From Synechococcus sp. A15-28 (GTDB lineage Bacteria; Cyanobacteriota; Cyanobacteriia; PCC-6307; Cyanobiaceae), in NCBI RefSeq assembly GCF_014280175.1, contig NZ_CP047931.1, forward strand, positions 1,770,001 to 1,802,000: a stretch of 32,000 nt of DNA. Direction: 5' to 3'. This document shows, piece by piece, positions 25,850-32,000 of this stretch. Below the pieces are notes generated by a model, which did not search any database, was not told where the DNA came from, and was given only the letters and a program-made list of their open reading frames with translations. The position numbers and the translations under genes were made by a program. Position 1 is the first letter of the stretch. Each line of letters opens with the position of its first letter.

Positions 25850-27496
25850 ATGGCCAGCAATCAAACATCACTCGGCTTTGGAGCAACCACGAAGTGGGGA
25901 GATCCAGTCAGCTTCCAGCGCAAAGGCCAAGCTGGTCAGAAGCCGGCCCTGACTATTGGGGAGTTCAAGAAGCAATCCTGCGATCAAATGGCGATCGGGG
26001 TGGGGCCCCGTAGTCACGCCGACTGCCCTCACCGTGTCACAAGCGAATGCTATAGCCCGGAGGACAATGGTGCTCTAGAGACAGTCATTTCAGCGTCGTA
26101 CCGACAGGTCTTCGGGAACGCTCATGTCATGAATTTTGAGCGGTGCACAGAACTTGAGGCTCAGCTCAGGGACGGCCGTCTGACCGTGCGTGATTTCATT
26201 AGAGGTCTGGCAAAGTCAAGCTTCTACAAGAGCCGGTTCTTCAACAGCGTTGCTCCACAGCGGGGTGTTGAACTGAATGTCAAACATCTTCTAGGGCGCG
26301 CTCCGGAAACTCAGGCTGAGATTTCTGCCATGATCACCCTGCAGGCAGAGCAGGGGCAGGGAGCCCTCATCGACAGCATCGTCGATTCAGCTGAATACCT
26401 CGAGGTATTTGGAAGCGATGTTGTGCCTTATGCCCGCTCTTGGAGTTCTCCTGCAGACCTCTCGACTGCTGCATTCCCGATGCTGGCAGCTCTCGAGAAG
26501 AGTTTCGCCGGCAGTGATAGTGCCCGTGGAGGAAGCCCAGCGCTAACCAGAAGCCTGGCCTCCGGCATCGCTCCTCGGATCAGCGTCCCGAGTCAGGTCG
26601 TGGGCGTGCGTCCCTCCGCAAGCTTCACTTCTGGTCGTTTCAGCAGCAAAGCTCCTGGCATCACCAGTGGTAATGACTCCGCTCCGCTTCGCGGCGACGC
26701 ATACGTCACCTTCGGTCTTGGTCAGCGTGAGCAGGAAACATTTCAGCGTTGCCCAGGAGACAGCCCGGATCAGCTCAATGCCCTGATTCGCTCTGCATAC
26801 AAACAGGTCATGGGTAACCCCCACCTGATGGAGTTTGAACGCGCTCTGTCGGCAGAAAGCAAGTTCATTGATGGTTATTTGAGCACCCGTGAATTTGTGC
26901 GGGCTGTCGGCCTTTCAGCTGAATACAAGCGGCGATTCTTCGAAACCAACGCTCCTTATCGATTCATCGAGCTGAACTTCAAACATTTCCTCGGTAGAGC
27001 CCCACAGTCTCAAGCGGAGATCAGCGAACACACCAAGATCCTCGCCGAAGGTGGTTATGAAGCTGAAATCTGCAGCTACGTCGACAGCGTGGAGTATCAG
27101 AGCATCTTTGGTGAAGACACCATTCCATACGCCAGGATCCTTACCGAAAACGGCCGCTCCCAGGTTGCCTTCAATCGACATCTCAGCCTGGCAGAAGGCT
27201 TCGCAGCTAGTGACACGGTCCTGAGCAGCTCATCTCTTGTCTCCTCCGTTGCCACGGGAATGGTTCCCAGTGGATGGAGTGCTACGACCACCCGAATTAA
27301 CCGAACTGGGACACAGTCAGGCGCTCCTGATCCCACGAAGAAGCGCTTCCGGATTGTCGTAGCAACCCAGGCAGCTCGGTCACGTCAGCGCACCGCAGGA
27401 AACACTTATCTCGTCTCCGGCAAGGACATGTCCAGCCAAATGAAGTACATCCATGCACGTGGAGGCAAAATTGTCTCCATCACTGAGGTGATGTAA
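25850..27496 (+). CDS. mpeD: Fused double-linker MpeD (PEII-type linker domain with Cys-bearing N-terminal extension + second PBS-linker domain + CpcD domain)
   Basis: 548 aa. The two linker domains carry VISASYRQVFGN...VELNVKHLLGRAP and LIRSAYKQVMGN...IELNFKHFLGRAP. They are joined by an S/G/P-rich spacer. The N-terminal motif is MAIGVGPRSHADCP. The C-terminal CpcD-like domain is FRIVVAT...MKYIHARGGKIVSITEV. Confidence 0.9.
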   Translation: MASNQTSLGFGATTKWGDPVSFQRKGQAGQKPALTIGEFKKQSCDQMAIGVGPRSHADCPHRVTSECYSPEDNGALETVISASYRQVFGNAHVMNFERCTELEAQLRDGRLTVRDFIRGLAKSSFYKSRFFNSVAPQRGVELNVKHLLGRAPETQAEISAMITLQAEQGQGALIDSIVDSAEYLEVFGSDVVPYARSWSSPADLSTAAFPMLAALEKSFAGSDSARGGSPALTRSLASGIAPRISVPSQVVGVRPSASFTSGRFSSKAPGITSGNDSAPLRGDAYVTFGLGQREQETFQRCPGDSPDQLNALIRSAYKQVMGNPHLMEFERALSAESKFIDGYLSTREFVRAVGLSAEYKRRFFETNAPYRFIELNFKHFLGRAPQSQAEISEHTKILAEGGYEAEICSYVDSVEYQSIFGEDTIPYARILTENGRSQVAFNRHLSLAEGFAASDTVLSSSSLVSSVATGMVPSGWSATTTRINRTGTQSGAPDPTKKRFRIVVATQAARSRQRTAGNTYLVSGKDMSSQMKYIHARGGKIVSITEVM

Positions 27497-27520
27497 GAGC
27501 AGATCTAGTCCTGCCATAGG

Positions 27521-27542
27521 GGGCCGCCGCCTGAAGCGGCCC
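27521..27542 (+). terminator. Intercistronic GC hairpin between mpeD and cpeE (partial terminator or processing/stabiliser element)
   Basis: gggccgc-cgcctgaa-gcggccc is a 7-bp GC stem. It is followed by ttatagattt, which is T-rich but not a clean U-run. Confidence 0.45.
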
Positions 27543-27570
27543 TTATAGATTTCAAACCCATTCCAGCATC

Positions 27571-28305
27571 ATGACTGAGCCCACAACTCTTGCTTCACAA
27601 CCCAACGTTGATACCAGTCATGCTGCTGTGGTCGTTCAACAAACGTATCGCCAGGTCTTCGGAAACCGACACCTGATGGAGCTTGATGTCAATAGCTCCA
27701 TCGAGGCACTATTCATGAATGGTGATCTCACCGTCCAGGGTTTTGTCATGGCCCTCGCGCAGTCTGACACCTACAAAAAACTGTTCTTTGAGACCAATAG
27801 TCCCTATCAGTTTGTTGAACTTAATTTCAAGCACCTTCTTGGCCGACCTCCTCATGATCAGGTCGAGCTAATGAATCACGTGAGACTGCTGCAAGACGAA
27901 GGATTTGAAGCCGAGATAGCAAGCTATGTCTACAGCGAAGAATATCTTTCAGCCTTCGGAGTCGATCAGATCCCATACAACCGCGCCTCAGAAAGCATGG
28001 TTGGAGGACGAACCCTGAACTACACCCGATCAAGAGTTGTTGATGCAGGTTACGCCGGATACGACAGTGCTGAGCGCCAGTCCAAGTTGCTGCAAAGCCT
28101 GTGCTCAGGCAACTCACCAGACGTGGTTGATCGCAAGAGTGTCGGAAACGCCAACTCCTTAACGATCAATTGGACGTCACGCCGCCAGGTTGGAGCCAAT
28201 CGGCGCGCTGTACAGAAATCGGTGGTCAATCAGACATCCATGTCGGCAACGATTCGCTCGATCCTGTCCCAAGGCGGAAAGATCCTTTCTATTGCGAAGG
28301 CTTAA
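27571..28305 (+). CDS. cpeE: Phycoerythrin-associated rod linker CpeE (PBS-linker + CpcD domains)
   Basis: Linker motifs are VVQQTYRQVFGN, LTVQGFVMALAQSDTYKKLFF and VELNFKHLLGRPP. The C-terminal CpcD-like domain is TINWTSRRQ...IRSILSQGGKILSIAKA. Position after cpeC-mpeD. Confidence 0.87.
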   Translation: MTEPTTLASQPNVDTSHAAVVVQQTYRQVFGNRHLMELDVNSSIEALFMNGDLTVQGFVMALAQSDTYKKLFFETNSPYQFVELNFKHLLGRPPHDQVELMNHVRLLQDEGFEAEIASYVYSEEYLSAFGVDQIPYNRASESMVGGRTLNYTRSRVVDAGYAGYDSAERQSKLLQSLCSGNSPDVVDRKSVGNANSLTINWTSRRQVGANRRAVQKSVVNQTSMSATIRSILSQGGKILSIAKA

Positions 28306-28565
28306 TCCTTAGCGCTTTTTCCACAATCCAGACAGGCAAATCAGTCATGATTGCCGAGTGGTCATACAAAGGTGACCCTCAAGAACACATTCACCAGATT
28401 CAAATCGGAAACGGTTTTTCCCAATGCCAATTCTTCGCCCATTTTCAAGAGAACAACCGACTCAGAACACAGCTTTTCAGCAATCAGCAGCTTCTGCACC
28501 AATGGCCATGTCGATGATGATCGATTCAATGGTTAACATGATGCATAGCAATCGCCAGCCGCTGG

Positions 28566-29129
28566 ATGAGCACAATATTAAAAAGTATGACGATTGAGCA
28601 ATTTGTTGCTCAAAGTGTGGGTCAATGGCGGTCCATGAGATCTGGCCATTCTCTCGCTTTTCAACAATTTGAAGACGTTCTTAGCGAAGTAAGCATTGAA
28701 TCCATCGAGAAAGACGATTCTGCTGTTCAAGATTTACTCTCAACCGCAACTTCTCATCAAGGACATAGCTCCGACATAGTCGCGCCATTCAGGATGGAAT
28801 GGTCAGCTGAAAGTGACTGGGAGCCCGAAGATCCATCTCAAGTTTCATCAGGCTCGTGCCTGATCATCCCACTGAAAAAAAATGATTATTCTGGCATCTT
28901 GATCAGAAGTGTGGGGTATGCCGAATCAGAATTAGCAGAGTCGACATACCAGTTCTTAGATGATGGCACATTCTTACTTACAACTCACTATGAACAATCA
29001 ATAGCAGAGGAAAGAATCTGGTTTGTTTCAGACAATGTTCGGTGCAGATCATCTGTGTTGAAGACATCTGCAGGCTCAGGAGTTCTGCAAACTTCATTTG
29101 CCTCTGAAGTCAGACGAGTCAAGGCCTAG
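28566..29129 (+). CDS. cpeS: Phycoerythrobilin lyase, CpcS/CpeS family
   Basis: MTIEQFVAQSVGQWRSMRSGHSLAFQQ is the hallmark N-terminus of S-type lyases. The gene is followed by cpeT and cpeR. An alternative start is ATG 28587. Confidence 0.85.
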   Translation: MSTILKSMTIEQFVAQSVGQWRSMRSGHSLAFQQFEDVLSEVSIESIEKDDSAVQDLLSTATSHQGHSSDIVAPFRMEWSAESDWEPEDPSQVSSGSCLIIPLKKNDYSGILIRSVGYAESELAESTYQFLDDGTFLLTTHYEQSIAEERIWFVSDNVRCRSSVLKTSAGSGVLQTSFASEVRRVKA

Positions 29130-29137
29130 ATATATAC

Positions 29138-29752
29138 ATGAGAAATTATTCAGCGATTGCAGACTTTGCCAAGACTCTTGCAGGCACGTTCGATAACATT
29201 AATCAGGCACAAGAAAATCCAAAGGATTTCGCACGAATCAAAATTTTTTTTCGACCATTACCATGGCGCATCTTTAGAGGACCAGGTTTTTATTCTGAGC
29301 AATGCTATGACTATGCTCCGTGGGATCCCTACCGGCAAGGGATACATCGGCTAGTACTAGATCAGAACTTGTTTGTAATGGAGAATTTTGCCTTTGATAA
29401 TCCTCGCCGACTTGCTGGCGCTGGATGTAATCCCGAACTTTTGGACGATCTGCATTCAGAATCATTGAAGAGGCGCTGCGGCTGTGCCATGCATTTCCGA
29501 TCCATATCTCCTGGACACTACGTTGGCAATGTTGAACCCGGGAAAAGTTGTCTAATTCCAAGGGACGGAAAATTGACTTATCTCGTCAGTGAAGTTGAAG
29601 TCAATCAAACCTCCTGGATTAGTCGGGATCGTGGATTTGACCCAGAGAACAATGCGCAAGTCTGGGGATCAGAGCACGGCATGCTGCGATTCAAAAAAAT
29701 CACAAGTTTTTCAAAGGAAATCACTAACGAGTGGCTCGAGCTTAAAACCTGA
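29138..29752 (+). CDS. cpeT: Bilin lyase, CpcT/CpeT family
   Basis: FAKTLAGTFDNINQAQENPKDFARIKIFFRPLPW, FYSEQCYDYAPWDPYRQGIHRL and GKLTYLVSEVEV are typical T-type lyase sequence. It lies 8 nt after cpeS. Confidence 0.88.
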   Translation: MRNYSAIADFAKTLAGTFDNINQAQENPKDFARIKIFFRPLPWRIFRGPGFYSEQCYDYAPWDPYRQGIHRLVLDQNLFVMENFAFDNPRRLAGAGCNPELLDDLHSESLKRRCGCAMHFRSISPGHYVGNVEPGKSCLIPRDGKLTYLVSEVEVNQTSWISRDRGFDPENNAQVWGSEHGMLRFKKITSFSKEITNEWLELKT

Positions 29753-29755
29753 ACA

Positions 29756-30061
29756 ATGGTTGATTATGATAAACAAATGAAAACGTGGATACGTTCACAA
29801 CATTTAATCTGTGTTGGAAGTGATTTTATTTTTGAAACTGTTGATCAAACTCAATTAGACAAGTTCGAGACTTGCATTAGAGCCATGGGAGGGAGAATTA
29901 GAACTGTAAAAGCCGTTGGAAACTGGCCAATGGGGCCTAGACGATCATTCAAGATCCTGCAAGCAACTGCAAGTGTTCCACGACCCGGCGGCGAGGCTTT
30001 AGTGACCTACTGGGCCAAAAAGGGAAGCAAAACAACAAGGTACTCTGAGATATCTTCTTGA
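29756..30061 (+). CDS. cpeR: Phycoerythrin operon regulator CpeR
   Basis: MKTWIRSQHLICVGSDFIFETVDQTQLDKFETCIRAMGGRIRTVKAV matches the CpeR family. An alternative start is ATG 29777. Confidence 0.87.
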   Translation: MVDYDKQMKTWIRSQHLICVGSDFIFETVDQTQLDKFETCIRAMGGRIRTVKAVGNWPMGPRRSFKILQATASVPRPGGEALVTYWAKKGSKTTRYSEISS

Positions 30062-30071
30062 TAATTGAGGC

Positions 30072-30305
30072 TCATTCATCAAACCATCCCATCCAGGTAT
30101 CCTGAGTAAAGTCAGTGTGCTTGCTCCACCTTCTTAATATAGTCAAGGAATCAAATTCATATCCCTTAGATGCAGCGATTGCGATCACATCATCTTGATT
30201 GAGAGCTGCCTTAATTTCAGCTTTGAGATCAGGATCCTGACGAACCATTGTAATGAATGATTCCAAAGATAAATCTTGCTTTACGTTAGAGGAGGAATCC
30301 GTCAT
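30072..30305 (-). CDS. Nif11-domain small protein (77 aa)
   Basis: LSLESFITMVRQDPDLKAEIKAALNQDDVIAIAASKGYEFD shows the Nif11 N-terminal domain pattern. It is convergent with cpeR, with a 10-nt spacer. Confidence 0.75.
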   Translation of the reverse strand: MTDSSSNVKQDLSLESFITMVRQDPDLKAEIKAALNQDDVIAIAASKGYEFDSLTILRRWSKHTDFTQDTWMGWFDE

Positions 30306-30342
30306 ACCAGAGACTGCTCAATAGAGGTAATCTCATTGTAGA

Positions 30343-30624
30343 TCAAACTCCATCCATCAGCATGGCACGCCATAAGGCAACCTTCCGAAATGCCCAGGAC
30401 CAATGCTCAACAGGTACGACAAGAATCTTTGCCAATTCTGAATCACTCAAAGTCTTACGATCCAAAGAAAGATGTAGCTGCCATTCACTTGGTGAAAAAA
30501 TAAATCCCTTGGAAGCTGCATAATCAACAATATCCTGGTCAGTCTTACAAGCCTTCAAACCAGTGGCGATTGAATGGTCATACACAACCGCCTGGATAAA
30601 TTCGTTAATCGGAAGAGTATTCAT
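30343..30624 (-). CDS. Nif11-domain small protein (93 aa from ATG 30624; the ORF track starts at TTG 30633)
   Basis: LPINEFIQAVVYDHSIATGLKACKTDQDIVDYAASKGFIFS shows the Nif11 pattern. The ATG lies 2 nt after the stop of the upstream ORF. Confidence 0.7.
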   Translation of the reverse strand: MNTLPINEFIQAVVYDHSIATGLKACKTDQDIVDYAASKGFIFSPSEWQLHLSLDRKTLSDSELAKILVVPVEHWSWAFRKVALWRAMLMDGV

Positions 30625-30626
30625 TC

Positions 30627-30995
30627 TCAACAACTCTCAATCCACAAAGCAAAGTTGACCCTTGTACAAATCATTTGAAGCACCAATGGCCCCCCAGGAC
30701 AACGCAGAAGTCGCCATGGAATATTCTTGTCTAGGACACCAGAATCAACGGTGATCTTTGGTGGACTTGTTGCCTGTTCGTAGGGTATCAATGCAGCACC
30801 AGTTAATGCTGGTTCAATTGAATCGACGATTGTTTTCAGCTGATCGAGAGTTGTGATCTCGTTTAACTCGGATTGGACTTCCTCCCGTGCTTGAACGGCA
30901 GCGACGAATTCAGAGAGCGCTTGCTCACGCTCAGGGGACACAGGCATCGTGTTGCGACGAACCGATCGAATAGTACCAAAAACAAGTCTTTTCAT
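30627..30995 (-). CDS. Nif11-like small protein with a C-terminal GG + Cys-containing hydrophobic tail (alternative start ATG 30947)
   Basis: REQALSEFVAAVQAREEVQSELNEITTLDQLKTIVDS is a weaker Nif11-like helical pattern. The C-terminus is ...RLLRCPGG-PLVLQMICTRVNFALWIESC. It is first in the three-gene minus-strand run. Confidence 0.55.
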   Translation of the reverse strand: MKRLVFGTIRSVRRNTMPVSPEREQALSEFVAAVQAREEVQSELNEITTLDQLKTIVDSIEPALTGAALIPYEQATSPPKITVDSGVLDKNIPWRLLRCPGGPLVLQMICTRVNFALWIESC

Positions 30996-31187
30996 TTTAT
31001 TACAGCAACGGCAACCTGAGCCGTCGGAACATGGATATGGAGTAAATTTTGAAAAATTTTTTGAATCTTACAAGTGAATATTTCCATGCGCATAAACAAA
31101 TAATCCTGACGCATACGCTCTAAAATTATTCAGGAAATCGAAGACTGCCTTCATCAATCTCATCAATTCATCCGACCAAATAAAATT

Positions 31188-32000
31188 ATGGCAGAGCGTT
31201 TCGACAACTTGGTTGAAGGATTAACAGAAGATCGTGCCATGTCTGTGATTCTGGCCGACCCAGAGACATTGGATCGACCTGTCGACAAATATATGGCTGC
31301 GACGAGGTTGGGAGCTAGCGACACTGAGGAATCCCTTGATGTTCTCATTAAGGCAGCAGAATTAAGTCCGGAACATCTGTTTGACCGAATCACACGACGA
31401 AAAGCCATTGATGCTCTAGGCCGCAGAAAAAGCACTAGGGCATTACCTACTCTGTTTCGCTCACTGTCTTGCACAGATGAGGCTGCAGTCATTAACGCTG
31501 TTGACGCCATCACAAAAATTGGTGCACCACTAACAGAAAGCAATCAGGGAAGCTTGATCAAGGCACTCGATGGGGAAGATATCCAAAAGCGAGCAGTCAT
31601 CCAGGCCTTTTGCAGGCTGGAAATCAATAAGGCAGAAGAGGCAATACGCCCACTCGCGAACGATCAGAATCCGCTCGTCTGCGGTGCAGCTAAAGCATAT
31701 TTAGCAAGAGTGCACAAAGAGACCTCCGGTCTAGATGATCTGGTTCCCCAGCTGATCGATCCCATCGCTGGTCGACGCCGATCCGCCGTCATTGACCTTG
31801 GCGATGCTGGTGATGTCACAAGATTGGAGGCACTGGTTGCGGCACCTGTGTCCATGTCATTACGGGCAAGAAGCGCTTTCCAGCTCGTCGATCCCAACAA
31901 AACATGTCACGTTCCTGATGAATATTCAGAATTAATAACGCAACTTTTGCAAGACAACCCACAACATTTAAAGCTCAGACAAGAGTGGGTCTGCCCTGTT
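31188..32000 (+). CDS. cpeY: HEAT-repeat phycoerythrin bilin lyase subunit CpeY-like, N-terminal 271 codons; 3' end outside the window (not in the ORF track)
   Basis: My translation is [28 protein letters not shown]...[43 protein letters not shown]...[14 protein letters not shown]...[14 protein letters not shown]. It is open to nt 32000 and shows E/F- and Y/Z-type HEAT-like repeats. Position in the PE cluster. Confidence 0.78.
   Translation, partial: MAERFDNLVEGLTEDRAMSVILADPETLDRPVDKYMAATRLGASDTEESLDVLIKAAELSPEHLFDRITRRKAIDALGRRKSTRALPTLFRSLSCTDEAAVINAVDAITKIGAPLTESNQGSLIKALDGEDIQKRAVIQAFCRLEINKAEEAIRPLANDQNPLVCGAAKAYLARVHKETSGLDDLVPQLIDPIAGRRRSAVIDLGDAGDVTRLEALVAAPVSMSLRARSAFQLVDPNKTCHVPDEYSELITQLLQDNPQHLKLRQEWVCPV

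Larger units (their letters stand above)
20532..32000 (+). other. 5' half of a phycobilisome rod gene region (PEII-containing, pigment-type-3-like), starting at tRNA-Phe and running off the window
   Basis: The region holds aplA, cpcG2, cpeC, mpeD, cpeE, cpeS, cpeT, cpeR and cpeY in one block directly downstream of tRNA-Phe(GAA). As I recall, comparative studies of marine Synechococcus describe this layout. Confidence 0.85.

Noticed and set aside
28347-28536. 56-aa (28347-28517) and 61-aa (28351-28536) ORFs in the cpeE-cpeS spacer as real genes.
   Set aside because: They overlap each other in different frames. They are Q- or S-rich with no motif and no hydrophobic or structural signature. One is merely the tail of a frame running through cpeE. 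I reported the spacer as unexplained instead.
31163-31543. 126-aa minus-strand ORF, and 31664-31900(-) 78 aa.
   Set aside because: Both are antisense to the open, HEAT-repeat cpeY reading frame that starts at 31188 and runs off the window. Their composition is S/R/A-rich, as for a shadow frame.
20532-32000. Integrative element (att repeat, integrase, transposase) at tRNA-Phe, and CRISPR or other defence loci.
   Set aside because: By eye I found no second copy of the tRNA-Phe 3' end. The closest match, attcaaatcgg near 28398, shares only ~8 nt. I saw no recombinase-like ORF and no regularly spaced repeats. This cannot be excluded beyond the window end.

Overview
High-GC chromosome segment that looks like a marine Synechococcus (subcluster 5.1-like), judged from gene content. 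I cannot name the strain. The gene order resembles what I recall for WH8102-type, PEII-containing strains, but I have not verified this.

Positions 1-18283 are densely packed core genes, many with overlapping stop/start codons:
- a partial neutral invertase
- petD-petB, followed by a plus-strand run of an S41 C-terminal protease, an HD/dNTPase-like protein, minCDE, a LuxR-type HTH and tRNA-Thr
- a minus-strand run of a thioesterase, dprA, prmC and tsaC, plus a possible unannotated 57-aa membrane ORF
- a tandem USP protein, psbM (below the ORF-track cutoff) and a 2Fe-2S protein divergent from psbB-psbT (psbT is also below the cutoff)
- nrdR, rpsA, a HAD hydrolase, metK and an FGGY kinase

From 18284 the composition becomes patchy and phycobilisome (PBS) genes appear. 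An AT-rich islet carries an mpeE-like PEII linker. It is followed by a possible 37-aa transmembrane (TM) ORF, a DUF2470 protein, comF and tRNA-Phe(GAA). After the tRNA comes the 5' half of a pigment-type-3 PBS rod region:
- two hypotheticals and a TVP38-like membrane protein
- a hypothetical ORF coupled to aplA, then cpcG2 coupled to a pentapeptide-repeat protein
- cpeC-mpeD-cpeE and cpeS-cpeT-cpeR
- three Nif11-like small ORFs on the minus strand, and the 5' part of cpeY

I saw no CRISPR array, transposase, integrase or obvious defence system.

The most interesting open items:
- the Nif11-like trio; one member ends in a GG-plus-Cys-rich tail
- the translationally coupled unk-aplA / cpcG2-pentapeptide block
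- structured leader and repeat elements upstream of cpeC and mpeE
- two unannotated small membrane ORFs
- a LuxR stop codon embedded in tRNA-Thr
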